A DNA stretch of 62,128 nucleotides, counting the filler, from an uncultured Planctomycetales bacterium (GTDB taxonomy: Bacteria > Omnitrophota > Gorgyraeia > Gygaellales > Profunditerraquicolaceae): NCBI GenBank assembly GCA_964487475.1. It is 5 parts of 4 records of this genome, joined end to end, with 100 filler letters (N's around TTAATTAATTAA, not from the genome) between each part and the next. Parts side by side here need not be neighbours in the genome. Positions count along the whole stretch, not along the records: positions 37,324 to 59,024 come from CAZAPM010000006.1; 4 more parts are not named here. The stretch is one strand, 5' to 3'. A model generated the notes under the pieces. The model had not been told where the DNA came from. It saw only the letters and a list, made by a program, of their open reading frames with translations, and searched no databases. The translations under genes and the position numbers were made by a program. Positions 38,970 to 49,493 of this stretch are shown piece by piece; within the stretch, counting starts at the first letter, position 1, and each line of letters begins with the position of its first letter.

Positions 38970-39290
38970 CTAATCTCCGTACGCAGTGGTGGTGTATTTT
39001 CCATACACGCCCAGGATGTTATCTACGTGGAAATCGACGTATTTAACGGTCCTTAACCCGCCGTTCTTGATCGCCGCGTCGAGGCTCGCATCCCCTGTCG
39101 CGATCAGCGTAAAGAAGGTCGTGGCCTTTGCGGTCCCCACCCTCGTATAGGAGATATCTTTTCCGTCTCCCATATTATTCGGCAGCTTCACTCCCGTGTA
39201 TAACGTTCCCATGGGATACAGGCTCGCGCACCCGCTCATCCCCAGGGCTGCTGCAAAAAGTACTCCCAGAACCAAAACCCGACTCCTCAT
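38970..39290 (-). CDS. TRL-like family lipoprotein
   Basis: Lipobox MSGC; GTLYT, IATGDASLDAAIKNGG, YVD...NILGVY...TTAYGD. Confidence 0.88.
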   Translation of the reverse strand: MRSRVLVLGVLFAAALGMSGCASLYPMGTLYTGVKLPNNMGDGKDISYTRVGTAKATTFFTLIATGDASLDAAIKNGGLRTVKYVDFHVDNILGVYGKYTTTAYGD

Positions 39291-39573
39291 ATCGACCTCC
39301 CTTTCTCCTCCTGTGGTTAATAAAATATTCCTCCGCACTTCTTATATTGTACGGGCAGCGGCAACCGAATCAATTGTACCCGGGTATAATAATGCGGCGG
39401 GAGGGAGAAACGGAGGAGCGGAAATAAATGCATAAAACATCCTGTATATCACTAAAAACAACGTTTGGTTAAAAAGCACGGAAGCGCTTTCGTAATTACC
39501 CTGGCGCACCTAGCCCCATCTTTTATGCAATGCTATACTTATTTTGCTGATGTACAAATTAACTCGGGAGGGG

Positions 39574-39762
39574 ATGATGACCAAAAGGAAATGCGGACAA
39601 AGCACGCTTGAATACATCATTATTTTTACGGCTGTGGTAGGCGCGATCTGGTTCGCGACAAGCACCATTGTCAAGCCCAGAACCGTTAACATCATCGACA
39701 AAGCAATGAAAAGCGCGGAAAACAGTGTCGACCGGGCCTTTCCAATCGAACAGCCCAACTAA
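39574..39762 (+). CDS. Class III signal peptide (Flp/Tad-like) pilin
   Basis: KRKCG|QSTLEYIIIFTAVVGAI prepilin cleavage motif; GGAGG RBS. Confidence 0.82.
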   Translation: MMTKRKCGQSTLEYIIIFTAVVGAIWFATSTIVKPRTVNIIDKAMKSAENSVDRAFPIEQPN

Positions 39763-39771
39763 CGGACAGAA

Positions 39772-40419
39772 TCAAAACGTACGCAGGCGCAGCTTGCGGG
39801 ATATCCCCATTACAGCTCCGCCAAGCCCGAACAAGAGCATTGAAACAGGTTCGGGGGCTACGGCGTTGCCATAAGCTCTCATCCCAAAATTCAAATCATC
39901 GTTATTTGAATATGTGCCGTAATTCGTGATCAATGCCTCACTATACACTGCGTTAGGCGCAGGATAATCCATGGCGCCCCCGTAGGTATCCCCGTCACGG
40001 ACCTCGAAGGCAACCCAATACTCACCCGCAGGCAGCGTCCAGGCCACGCCGCTTACTCCATACCAGCCCGTTGCAGCATCTATATCAAATTGCTGACTGA
40101 AAAATTGCGTGCCGGTATCCGGTATCAGTCCATAACCCGCATAATCCCCGTAGATCGCCGCGGTAGCCGTGCCGCTCGCCTGCGGCCATCTCACATCATC
40201 ATAGTTCCATCGCTTCCCGGACATGTGCGCCTCGAGAGAGGTGAGGGAATACGGCTGAGAAAGGCTGAATTTTATAGCAAATCCCTTCCCTGCCTCCAAG
40301 TAACCATACGCCCCATCATTCAAAGGCGTGCCAGTATCAAAAATAACTTCGGCAAGAGCGTGGTTTACCAACAGTAACACCGCAACCGCGAGACAACTAC
40401 TGATCGCACATTTCTTCAT
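39772..40419 (-). CDS. PEP-CTERM sorting-signal protein
   Basis: Signal peptide ending HALA; C-terminal APEPVSMLLFGLGGAVMGISRKLRLR. Confidence 0.92.
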   Translation of the reverse strand: MKKCAISSCLAVAVLLLVNHALAEVIFDTGTPLNDGAYGYLEAGKGFAIKFSLSQPYSLTSLEAHMSGKRWNYDDVRWPQASGTATAAIYGDYAGYGLIPDTGTQFFSQQFDIDAATGWYGVSGVAWTLPAGEYWVAFEVRDGDTYGGAMDYPAPNAVYSEALITNYGTYSNNDDLNFGMRAYGNAVAPEPVSMLLFGLGGAVMGISRKLRLRTF

Positions 40420-40438
40420 CTTTTCCTCCTGCGCCCGC

Positions 40439-40471
40439 AAAAAAACCACGACCGACTAAAGTCAATCGTGG
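40439..40471 (-). terminator. Intrinsic terminator in the PEP-CTERM leader
   Basis: CCACGATTGAC-TTTA-GTCGGTCGTGG-T7 on the minus strand. Confidence 0.8.
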
Positions 40472-40494
40472 CTACCCGTGCTACTCTCCTCCAT
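40462..40494 (-). CDS. Possible 10-aa leader peptide MEESSTGSHD
   Basis: GGAGG RBS before the ATG; stop codon falls inside the 5' arm of the terminator. Confidence 0.35.
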   Translation of the reverse strand: MEESSTGSHD

Positions 40495-40641
40495 GGCTCC
40501 TCCGAACAGTATACTTTAATGTTACCGGGCAACCATATTCCAGTCAATAGGACAAAGTGGGACAGGAAAAAGATGGGGCACAACTAAATGCCATGCAAGA
40601 TGTTGCAAAACGATCGAGGCAAAAATAATCCTTCCGGAGCG

Positions 40642-40817
40642 CTCGCGGGACTGCCCTGAGAACTTCAAGCCGTGGTTGTCCCACCTCGGCTGGCGCCTCG
40701 GGGGACTGCAGCGCAATTTCATCGTTTGTCCCCCCTCGCCTTACGGCTCGGGGGACTGCACTGAGAATTTCAAGCCGTGGTTGTCCCGCTTCGCCTTACG
40801 GCTCACGGGACTGCCCT
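40642..40817. repeat. Array of REP-like imperfect hairpins (TTGTCCC...GGGACTGC; three full copies plus a right half)
   Basis: Units are separated by linkers; TGAGAAYTTCAAGCCGTGG occurs twice. Confidence 0.85.
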
Positions 40818-40821
40818 AGAT

Positions 40822-40857
40822 GCAAAAAGGCCGCCAAATTAATGGCGGCCTTTTTGC
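40822..40857 (-). terminator. Bidirectional terminator after tRNA-fMet
   Basis: GCAAAAAGGCCGCCA-AATTAA-TGGCGGCCTTTTTGC perfect stem. Confidence 0.9.
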
Positions 40858-40864
40858 TTGTAGG

Positions 40865-40937
<73 letters not shown>

Positions 40938-40941
<4 letters not shown>

Positions 40942-41133
40942 ATCATGCTTCGCGAAAGTGTCCCGAAGGACACTTTCCTGCGAGTCTATCTTCACGGTAG
41001 GTCTTGAAGGCCTCTGGCCTGAAAGACCACCCCGCGATCATTTACTTCGGCAAATGTCCTCTGGACATTTGCTGGCGTGCTATTCTTCACCGCAAGTCCC
41101 CGAAGGTGATGCACACCTGAGGGGACGCGATCA
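40938..41133. repeat. Two tandem ~94-nt double-hairpin units bounded by CGCGATCA
   Basis: CGCGATCA at 40938, 41033 and 41126; each unit carries two hairpins with compensatory changes. Confidence 0.85.
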
Positions 41134-41142
41134 CTTACACTA

Positions 41143-41415
41143 TCAATCCTTCGTCTCCAGGATCACCTTGATGGGGATCTCGCCCTTCCTAACCACCCCC
41201 ATCTTGTCCCGGGCGATCTTTTCCTGGTAGACCGGATCGTTCTCGATGCGACGCAGCTCTTGCTGTAATAACGTGTTGTCGATATTAAGCTGCTTGATCT
41301 TTGTTTCCAGATCGCTGTTCTTGACCTTCAGCTGCTGCAGCCGGGTATACCCGGGCAGGAACACCACCAGGAACAGGACCGTGATACCGAAAAGCCAGAA
41401 TGCCCTTTTGAGCAT
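41143..41415 (-). CDS. ftsB: Septum formation initiator FtsB/DivIC
   Basis: TM + coiled coil + EKIARDKMGVVRKGE; located downstream of eno. Confidence 0.88.
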   Translation of the reverse strand: MLKRAFWLFGITVLFLVVFLPGYTRLQQLKVKNSDLETKIKQLNIDNTLLQQELRRIENDPVYQEKIARDKMGVVRKGEIPIKVILETKD

Positions 41416-41427
41416 TGAGGACCTTTG

Positions 41428-42811
<1,384 letters not shown>

Positions 42812-42838
42812 ACAAAATAACAACCGAAAGGATTTCCC

Positions 42839-44542
42839 ATGAAAATGCCGAACAAGCGGAAGATCGCTTCATTCGTCCGGAACCACTGGGTTGCCCTCCT
42901 CATCATCGCGTTCTCCTTCGCGACCCTTGTCTCCCTCGTGTTTTTCCTGCGCAGCGCCATAGACGCCTGGGCCACCTCAGAATCGTATTTCAAGAAGTCC
43001 CTGCTGGCGCAGACCCTGCTTACCTTCTACATGTTCCTGGTCATCCAGATCATCACCTACCCCCTCTATATATTAGGGTGGATGTGGATGATGACCGGCG
43101 GAGCGGCCAAGTTCACCCAACTGGGCAAAAAAGCCATCGAAGGCAAGGATATCCGGATACACTGGAAGGATGTCATCGGCATGGAGGAAGCCAAGGAAGA
43201 GGCTTTGGAAGTGGTCCGGCTCATCACCGACCGCGCCCATGTGCAGAAGATCGGCGGCAAGATCCTCAAGGGGATCATCATGATGGGACCCCCCGGCTGC
43301 GGCAAGACCTACCTGGCCAAGGCGATCGCCACGGAAGCGAACCTCCCCTTCATCCCCATGTCGGGCGCCGAGTTCATCGAGATGTTCGTAGGCGTGGGCG
43401 CGAGCCGCATCCGTAAGCTCTTCAAGAAAGCCCGGCAGCTGGCGCACGACGAAGGCGGCTGCATCATCTTCATCGACGAGCTCGATGCCGTGGGCGCCAA
43501 GCGCTCCGTGGACCGCGGGTTCGGCGGCCAGACGGAAGCCAACACCACCGTCAACCAGCTCCTGATCGAGATGGACGGCCTCAAGGAGAAGGACGACAAC
43601 ATCGTGGTCATCGCCGCCACCAACGCTCCGGAGGAATTCCTGGACGCGGCACTGCTTCGCCCGGGCCGTTTCGACCGCAAGATATACGTGGAGCTTCCCA
43701 ATTTGGACGAGCGGGAGAAGCTTTTCGAATATTACCTTAAGACCGTCAAGTACGACCAGACCGTGGACATGAAACGCCTGGCGCGCCTTACCGTCGGCAA
43801 CAGCCCGGCGGACGTCTCCAACCTGGTGCGGGAGGCCGCATTGATCGCGGTGCGCAACCGTAAGGAAGCCATCTCCATGAAGGAGATCACGGAAGCCTAC
43901 GACCGGGTGGAGATGGGGATCAAGCACAAGGTGGTCTTCACCGAGACCGAGCGCCGCAAGATCGCCTTCCATGAGGCCGGCCACGCCATCGCCATGTACT
44001 TCTTCGCGCCCCACAACGACGTGTTCAAAGCCACCATCCTGGCGCGCGGAGGCGCACTGGGATTCGTCATGCCGCAGCCCCGGGAAGAGACCCACGTCAT
44101 CAGCAAGGAGCAGTACCTGGGCAACATCAAGGTCTCCCTGGGCTCATACGCCGCGGAAAAGCTCAAGCTCGGCACCACCACTTCGGGGGTGAGCCAGGAT
44201 TTCCGCACCGCTATGTGGTATGCGCAGCGCATGGTCTGGGACTGGGGCATGGGCTCGTCGGGATTCCTGGGCAGCTACAGCATGCTCGCCAATATGCACG
44301 AAGACCTCGGAGCGTTCCGGGGAAGCTCAAGCTCTCACCTTTCGGAGCAGATGAAGGACCAGCTCAACCGGGACGTGCAGAACATCCTCACGCAGTGCTT
44401 GAAGGATGTGGAGGAACTGCTCAAGAAGGAATCCGCGCTGCTCGACCGTTTCGCCGAGGAGCTGCTCAAAAAGGACGAGCTTGACTATGACGAGATCGAG
44501 GCCATCTTCAAGGAATTCAACAAGAGCCGTCCTCCTCTCTAG
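42839..44542 (+). CDS. FtsH-like AAA+ zinc metalloprotease (M41) with minimal periplasmic loop
   Basis: Two TMs; GPPGCGKT, FVGVG, IIFIDELD, ALLRPGRFD, HEAGH, GVSQD. Confidence 0.93.
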   Translation: MKMPNKRKIASFVRNHWVALLIIAFSFATLVSLVFFLRSAIDAWATSESYFKKSLLAQTLLTFYMFLVIQIITYPLYILGWMWMMTGGAAKFTQLGKKAIEGKDIRIHWKDVIGMEEAKEEALEVVRLITDRAHVQKIGGKILKGIIMMGPPGCGKTYLAKAIATEANLPFIPMSGAEFIEMFVGVGASRIRKLFKKARQLAHDEGGCIIFIDELDAVGAKRSVDRGFGGQTEANTTVNQLLIEMDGLKEKDDNIVVIAATNAPEEFLDAALLRPGRFDRKIYVELPNLDEREKLFEYYLKTVKYDQTVDMKRLARLTVGNSPADVSNLVREAALIAVRNRKEAISMKEITEAYDRVEMGIKHKVVFTETERRKIAFHEAGHAIAMYFFAPHNDVFKATILARGGALGFVMPQPREETHVISKEQYLGNIKVSLGSYAAEKLKLGTTTSGVSQDFRTAMWYAQRMVWDWGMGSSGFLGSYSMLANMHEDLGAFRGSSSSHLSEQMKDQLNRDVQNILTQCLKDVEELLKKESALLDRFAEELLKKDELDYDEIEAIFKEFNKSRPPL

Positions 44543-45350
44543 CCTGCTGGGCATATTCCTGCTGGCAGGGTGCGAAGTCGGCATTACCCCGACGTACAAG
44601 GAAGAGGATATCCCCTACCTCGTCAAGAACATCTGCAAGGACGAGTACGGGCTGGATGTCACTACCTACCGCACGGATACCACCCTTTGGATCTACGCCC
44701 CCCTCGCCGGGATCCTCCACAAGGAGTACGGGAAGAACCCGGAGAAGACCTTCAAGGACGAGGTGTTCGAGAAGTTCCGCAATATCTTGAGTTCCGTAGG
44801 AAGGGTGCTGATCAGCGCGGACCGCGCGCCGGATTTCTACGTGCTGGTCCTCTCCGACACCCTGATGGGCTTCGATTACGCCTTAACCGGCAGCACCCTG
44901 GACGTGAAGAAGAACTACGCCGGGGCCATCCCCTGGACCGAAGCCAACCGCAGGTATATCGACGATTTCCAGCTCAACGCCAAGGCCATCAACGACCGCA
45001 CCGGCGCGCATCTGATCGTCTACAGCATCACCATGCCGGAGTTCCTCTCCCGCCAGATCGCCCAGCGGCTTACCCGCTTGACCGGCGAGCCCGCGATACA
45101 GGGCAGGATCAAGACCATCAAAGCGCAGGGGAAATACGATCTGGGGGTGTTCTCCTTCGACTATCTCACGGAAAAAGGCGAGCCTCCTTTGGAGGAGGCG
45201 GTCCTGGAGAAAGCCATGGCAGATACCATCGCGTATACGCTGCGGACTTACGATTTCGAGGAGTATTCGGGGGTATTGCTGACGGACGCCGGGACGCAGC
45301 GGACCTTGGAGCTTACCAAAGAAGAGTTGAAGGTGCGCGTACTGCCCTGA
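44487..45350 (+). CDS. Lipoprotein of unknown function
   Basis: MTRSRPSSRNSTRAVLLSSLLGIFLLAGC lipobox; overlaps the end of the FtsH-like gene. Confidence 0.75.
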   Translation: MTRSRPSSRNSTRAVLLSSLLGIFLLAGCEVGITPTYKEEDIPYLVKNICKDEYGLDVTTYRTDTTLWIYAPLAGILHKEYGKNPEKTFKDEVFEKFRNILSSVGRVLISADRAPDFYVLVLSDTLMGFDYALTGSTLDVKKNYAGAIPWTEANRRYIDDFQLNAKAINDRTGAHLIVYSITMPEFLSRQIAQRLTRLTGEPAIQGRIKTIKAQGKYDLGVFSFDYLTEKGEPPLEEAVLEKAMADTIAYTLRTYDFEEYSGVLLTDAGTQRTLELTKEELKVRVLP

Positions 45351-45968
45351 TCAGGTGATCCTGACCTTCCTGCCTTCGCATCGCAGTTTCTTATCCACCC
45401 ACAACTGGATCGCCTGGGGATAGAGCACGTGCTCCAGCGCGTGGATCTTCGCTTCGAGTGAATCCAAAGTATCCGTTTCCTCGATCTGCACCGCACCCTG
45501 CGCGATGATCGGCCCGGCATCGAGCTCCTCGTCCACCAGGTGCACGGTCACTCCCGTCGCTTTGACCCCGTATTCGAACGCGTCACGGATGCTCTGCGTG
45601 CCTTTGAAGGCGGGCAGAAGCGACGGATGCACATTGAGGATCCTCCCCTTCCAGCTGCGCACGAACTCCGGGGAAAGCAACCGCATGAACCCGGCGAGCA
45701 CGATCAGGTCGATCTGCGAAGCCGCCAGGCGCGCGGAGACCGCCTTCTCGAACGCCTCGCGGGTGGGATATTCCCTGCGGGGGATAAGCGCCGCCTCGAC
45801 TCCCGCGGATCTGGCGCGCTCCAGCACCTTCGCTCCGGGAGTATCGCACACCATCAGCGCCACTGCGCAGCGCGTAAGCGTCCCCTGGCGCAGCGCCTCG
45901 ACGATCGCCGAGAAATTGCTGCCGTTTCCCGACGCAAAGACCGCGATCCTCACTGCCGTGCTATCCAT
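45351..45968 (-). CDS. purN: Phosphoribosylglycinamide formyltransferase
   Basis: FASGNGSNF, LAGFMRLL, NVHPSLLP, GVTVHLVDEELDAGPII. Confidence 0.97.
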   Translation of the reverse strand: MDSTAVRIAVFASGNGSNFSAIVEALRQGTLTRCAVALMVCDTPGAKVLERARSAGVEAALIPRREYPTREAFEKAVSARLAASQIDLIVLAGFMRLLSPEFVRSWKGRILNVHPSLLPAFKGTQSIRDAFEYGVKATGVTVHLVDEELDAGPIIAQGAVQIEETDTLDSLEAKIHALEHVLYPQAIQLWVDKKLRCEGRKVRIT

Positions 45969-46777
45969 CGTTTATGTTCCTTCTTGGCGATCGTCTTGCG
46001 GGGGCAGACCTTGAAGCACTCCCCGCGGTTATCGCACTTGTGGTAATTGAGCACTGCCAGGTTATCCACGACCAGCATGGTGCCGGTAGGACACGCCTTG
46101 GAGCATTTGCCGCATCCGATGCATCCGACCGGACAGACCTCCATCACTTTGCGTCCCGCATCCAGGGAACGGCAGCGCACCGCATACACCTTGGTGATGG
46201 GAATGAGCTCGTAAAGCTTCTTGGGGCACGCCGCCACACACGCGCCGCAGGCAGTGCATTTCTCCTCGTCTACCACCGGCAGCCCCTGCAGGCCCATGGA
46301 GAGCGCGCCGAACGCGCAGGAATTAACGCAGGTGCCGTATCCGATGCAGCCGAATACGCAGGCCTTTGGCCCGCCCTGCACCATTGAGGCGGCGGTGCAA
46401 TCACGCAATCCCTGATAGGAGAAACGCTCCTTGACGGTATTGCCTCCGTGGCAGTGCAGCACCGCCACGTTCCTGATCCTGGCCGAGGCCTCGATGCCGA
46501 GGATCCCCGCGATCGCCTTGCGCACCTCATCCGAAGCGACCACGCACCCTTCCGGCACCGCCTCCCCGCGCAAAAGCGCTTCGGCAAAGGCCGCGCACCC
46601 CGGCTTGCCGCACCCTCCGCAGTTGACCCCCGGGAGCGCCGCCGTCACTTTTTCCTGCCGGGGATCGGCCTGCACGGCAAAACGCTTTGAGGCGATCGCC
46701 AGGCCGATGCCAAACGCGATCCCCAGCCCTGCCAGGACCCCCACCGCGATCAATATTTCCTGCACCGGTATCGTCAT
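45950..46777 (-). CDS. rnfB: Rnf complex subunit B
   Basis: LPGVNCGGCGKPGC plus multiple CxxCxxCxxxCP ferredoxin motifs. Confidence 0.95.
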   Translation of the reverse strand: MTIPVQEILIAVGVLAGLGIAFGIGLAIASKRFAVQADPRQEKVTAALPGVNCGGCGKPGCAAFAEALLRGEAVPEGCVVASDEVRKAIAGILGIEASARIRNVAVLHCHGGNTVKERFSYQGLRDCTAASMVQGGPKACVFGCIGYGTCVNSCAFGALSMGLQGLPVVDEEKCTACGACVAACPKKLYELIPITKVYAVRCRSLDAGRKVMEVCPVGCIGCGKCSKACPTGTMLVVDNLAVLNYHKCDNRGECFKVCPRKTIAKKEHKRWIARQ

Positions 46778-47382
46778 ATCTTAAACCCGCTGAATCCCAT
46801 GAACGCCAGGCTCATCAATGAAGCCACCAGAAACGCGATCGCCATCCCCCGCATGCACTCCGGCACTCTGGAAAGCTCAAGCCGCTCGCGAATACCCGAC
46901 ATCAGCAGCAGCGCGAGCAGAAAACCCACTCCGGCAAAGAACGCCTGCAGCAGCGCCAGCAAGAAACTCCCGGGCACCGGCGCCCCGTTCTTGAAAAAAT
47001 CGTCGATGTTGAGGATGGTCACGCCCAGCACCGCGCAATTGGTGGTGATCAACGGCAGGTATATCCCCAGCGCGCGGTATAACGGAGGAGAATGCTTGCG
47101 GATCACCATCTCGATCAGCTGCACGAATGCCGCGATCACCAGGATGAAGGTGATGGTCTTAAGGTACGTCAGCTGAAAAGGGATCAGGAGGTAACGGTAG
47201 ATACACCAGGTGAACACCGCGGAACAGGCCATCACGAAGATCACCGCGATCCCCATGGAAACCGCCGGCTTCGTCTCCTTGGAGACCCCCAGAAAAGGAC
47301 AAAGCCCCAGGAATTTTGAAAGGATGAAATTGTTGATGAAGATCATCCCGATCGCGACCGAAAGAACCGCTCCCGCATCCAT
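46774..47382 (-). CDS. rnfA: Rnf complex subunit A
   Basis: NNFILSKFLGLCPFLGVS, LGIYLPLITTNCAVLG. Confidence 0.96.
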   Translation of the reverse strand: MDAGAVLSVAIGMIFINNFILSKFLGLCPFLGVSKETKPAVSMGIAVIFVMACSAVFTWCIYRYLLIPFQLTYLKTITFILVIAAFVQLIEMVIRKHSPPLYRALGIYLPLITTNCAVLGVTILNIDDFFKNGAPVPGSFLLALLQAFFAGVGFLLALLLMSGIRERLELSRVPECMRGMAIAFLVASLMSLAFMGFSGFKI

Positions 47383-48014
47383 CAGTTACCGCATCCTTCC
47401 CGGCATGAACCGCACTCCACCTTCTTGGGCGCGCGGCGCACCATATTGGTCAACGCGATCAGAAGCCCCATCGTAAGCAGCGCGCCGGGTGCCAGGATCA
47501 TCACCGCCGCAGGCTCGAACCCCGCTGCCACTTTGATCCCCGCCACCTTGCCTGCGCCGAAGAACTCCCGTATCACGGCGATAGTGCTCAAGCCTATGGT
47601 AAAACCGACCCCCATGCCCGCCCCGTCGCACACCGAGTCGGCCACCCCGCTGCGGGAAGCGAACGCCTCTGCCCTGGCCATAATGATGCAGTTGACCACG
47701 ATCAGGGGCACGAAGATCCCCAGGGAAGCGTTCAGTGCCGGCAGATACGCCTTCAACACCAGCTCGCAGATGGTCACGAAAGTCGCGATGATCACGATGA
47801 ACGCGGGCAATCGGACCTGGTCCGGGATCGCCTTGCGCAATGCGGAGACGATCGCATTCGAACCGATCAGCACGAACGTCGCCGCCGCACCCATCCCCAG
47901 GGCGTTGACCAGGGAGGTCGACACCGCCAACGTCGGGCAAAGCCCCAGCACCAGCCCGAAGGTCGGGTTCTCGATCACGATACCCTTGGTGAATTCCTTC
48001 CACAGTTTTTTCAT
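47382..48014 (-). CDS. rnfE: Rnf complex subunit E
   Basis: ENPTFGLVLGLCPTLAVS, LGIFVPLIVVNCIIMARAE. Confidence 0.96.
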   Translation of the reverse strand: MKKLWKEFTKGIVIENPTFGLVLGLCPTLAVSTSLVNALGMGAAATFVLIGSNAIVSALRKAIPDQVRLPAFIVIIATFVTICELVLKAYLPALNASLGIFVPLIVVNCIIMARAEAFASRSGVADSVCDGAGMGVGFTIGLSTIAVIREFFGAGKVAGIKVAAGFEPAAVMILAPGALLTMGLLIALTNMVRRAPKKVECGSCREGCGN

Positions 48015-48015
48015 C

Positions 48016-48966
48016 TTATGCCTTCCCGTAACGGCGCGGAGTGATGTGCCGGTCGATCAGGGGCGCCACCGCGTTCATAATCAGGATGGAGTAGGAGACG
48101 CCTTCGGGGTATCCCCCGAAACGCCTGATCACGAACGTGATCACCCCGCACCCGAGACCGAACACGAGTTGCCCTTTGCGGGTCAAAGGGGTGGAGACAT
48201 AATCCGTGGCCATGAAGAAAGCGCCCAGCACCAGGCCTCCGGAGAGCACCCCGAAAAGCCAGTCCCCCCGGGCAAACCCCTGCGGCGCGAAAGCCCACGT
48301 CAGCACGCCTACCGACACGATGAAGGATACGGGCGCCTGCCACCAGATATACCCGCGCCAGAGAAGGAACAATCCCCCGATAAGGAGCGCCGCAATGCAC
48401 ACCTCTCCGATACACCCCCCGCGGTTGCCCAGAAAAAGGTCGAGATATGAGGCGGCCTGGGACGGGACCAGAGAAGGATCCTCCTTCAGCGCCATAAGCG
48501 GGGTGGCGGAAGCCACGGCATCCACCCCGAAAGGCTTGGGGAACGACGTCATATGCTTCGGCCAGGAGGCCATGAGGAATGCCCTGCCTGCCAGCGCCGG
48601 ATTGAAGATGTTGTTGCCCAGCCCTCCGAACGCCTGCTTGACGATGGCGATGGCAAAGACCCCTCCTACCACCGGGATCCACCACGGCACGCTTGCCGAA
48701 AGGTTGCACCCCAGCAGCAATCCGGTCAATACAGCCGATCCGTCGGAAACGGTGACCGGACGCTTCATGAACTTCTGCAGCAGGGCTTCCGTCGCCACCG
48801 CCGCCAGCACTGCCGCCGCCATGGTCCTGACCGCGTCCATGCCGAAGATCACGCACCCCGCGATCACCGCAGGCATCAGCGCGGCGGAAACGGTCCACAT
48901 GGCCTTGCCGGCGGTTTCCCGGCTGTGCACATGCGGAGAGTTGCTGACGGCAAAAAGTCCGGCCAT
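48016..48966 (-). CDS. rnfD: Rnf complex subunit D
   Basis: SPHVH, FGGLGNNIFNPA, SATPL flavinylation site, FMATDYVSTP. Confidence 0.96.
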   Translation of the reverse strand: MAGLFAVSNSPHVHSRETAGKAMWTVSAALMPAVIAGCVIFGMDAVRTMAAAVLAAVATEALLQKFMKRPVTVSDGSAVLTGLLLGCNLSASVPWWIPVVGGVFAIAIVKQAFGGLGNNIFNPALAGRAFLMASWPKHMTSFPKPFGVDAVASATPLMALKEDPSLVPSQAASYLDLFLGNRGGCIGEVCIAALLIGGLFLLWRGYIWWQAPVSFIVSVGVLTWAFAPQGFARGDWLFGVLSGGLVLGAFFMATDYVSTPLTRKGQLVFGLGCGVITFVIRRFGGYPEGVSYSILIMNAVAPLIDRHITPRRYGKA

Positions 48967-49493
48967 TACATAAGCTCCTTTTCCATGCGCGGCTTCTTCT
49001 CCTGCAACGTCTTGATCACCGCGTCCTTGAGGGCCGAGGATGATACGGTCGCGCCGGCGATCGCCGGCACTGCCTCGAGCGTATCCGGTCTTTTCCCGGT
49101 GAACTGCGAAAGGAACGACGGCTCCGCGATCTGCGTGCCCAACCCGGGTGTCTCGTTCTGGGAAAGCACCTGCATCGCGGTCACCGCAAACCCCGTATCC
49201 ACGCCCACCATCACCTCGATCACGGAAGAATACCCTTTTCCCTGCGCCTTGAACACGAAACCGACGGGCTTTTTCCCGGCATCCACCGCGAGATAATAAT
49301 CCACTGCTCCCTCCGCCTCGCGCGCCAGGAACTCCTTCGCCTGCGGCAGGACCTGCGCCAACGCCGCATTCTCCTGCTGGAGTTTCTGCTGGGCTATCGC
49401 CGGCGCGGTCAGCGCGTTGACGAACGCGAGGATCCCGGCAGAGACACAGCAGATCACGCCCAGGATGGATCCGTAACGGAGCATCTCTTTCAT
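48966..49493 (-). CDS. rnfG: Rnf complex subunit G
   Basis: TM; KGYSS, ETPGLG, IAGATVSS flavinylation motif. Confidence 0.94.
   Translation of the reverse strand: MKEMLRYGSILGVICCVSAGILAFVNALTAPAIAQQKLQQENAALAQVLPQAKEFLAREAEGAVDYYLAVDAGKKPVGFVFKAQGKGYSSVIEVMVGVDTGFAVTAMQVLSQNETPGLGTQIAEPSFLSQFTGKRPDTLEAVPAIAGATVSSSALKDAVIKTLQEKKPRMEKELM

Noticed and set aside
41027..41040. Duplicated tRNA segment as a prophage/ICE att site
   Set aside because: The duplication is of the tRNA 5' end, encloses only about 95 nt, and no integrase is present; reported instead as a mini-element finding.
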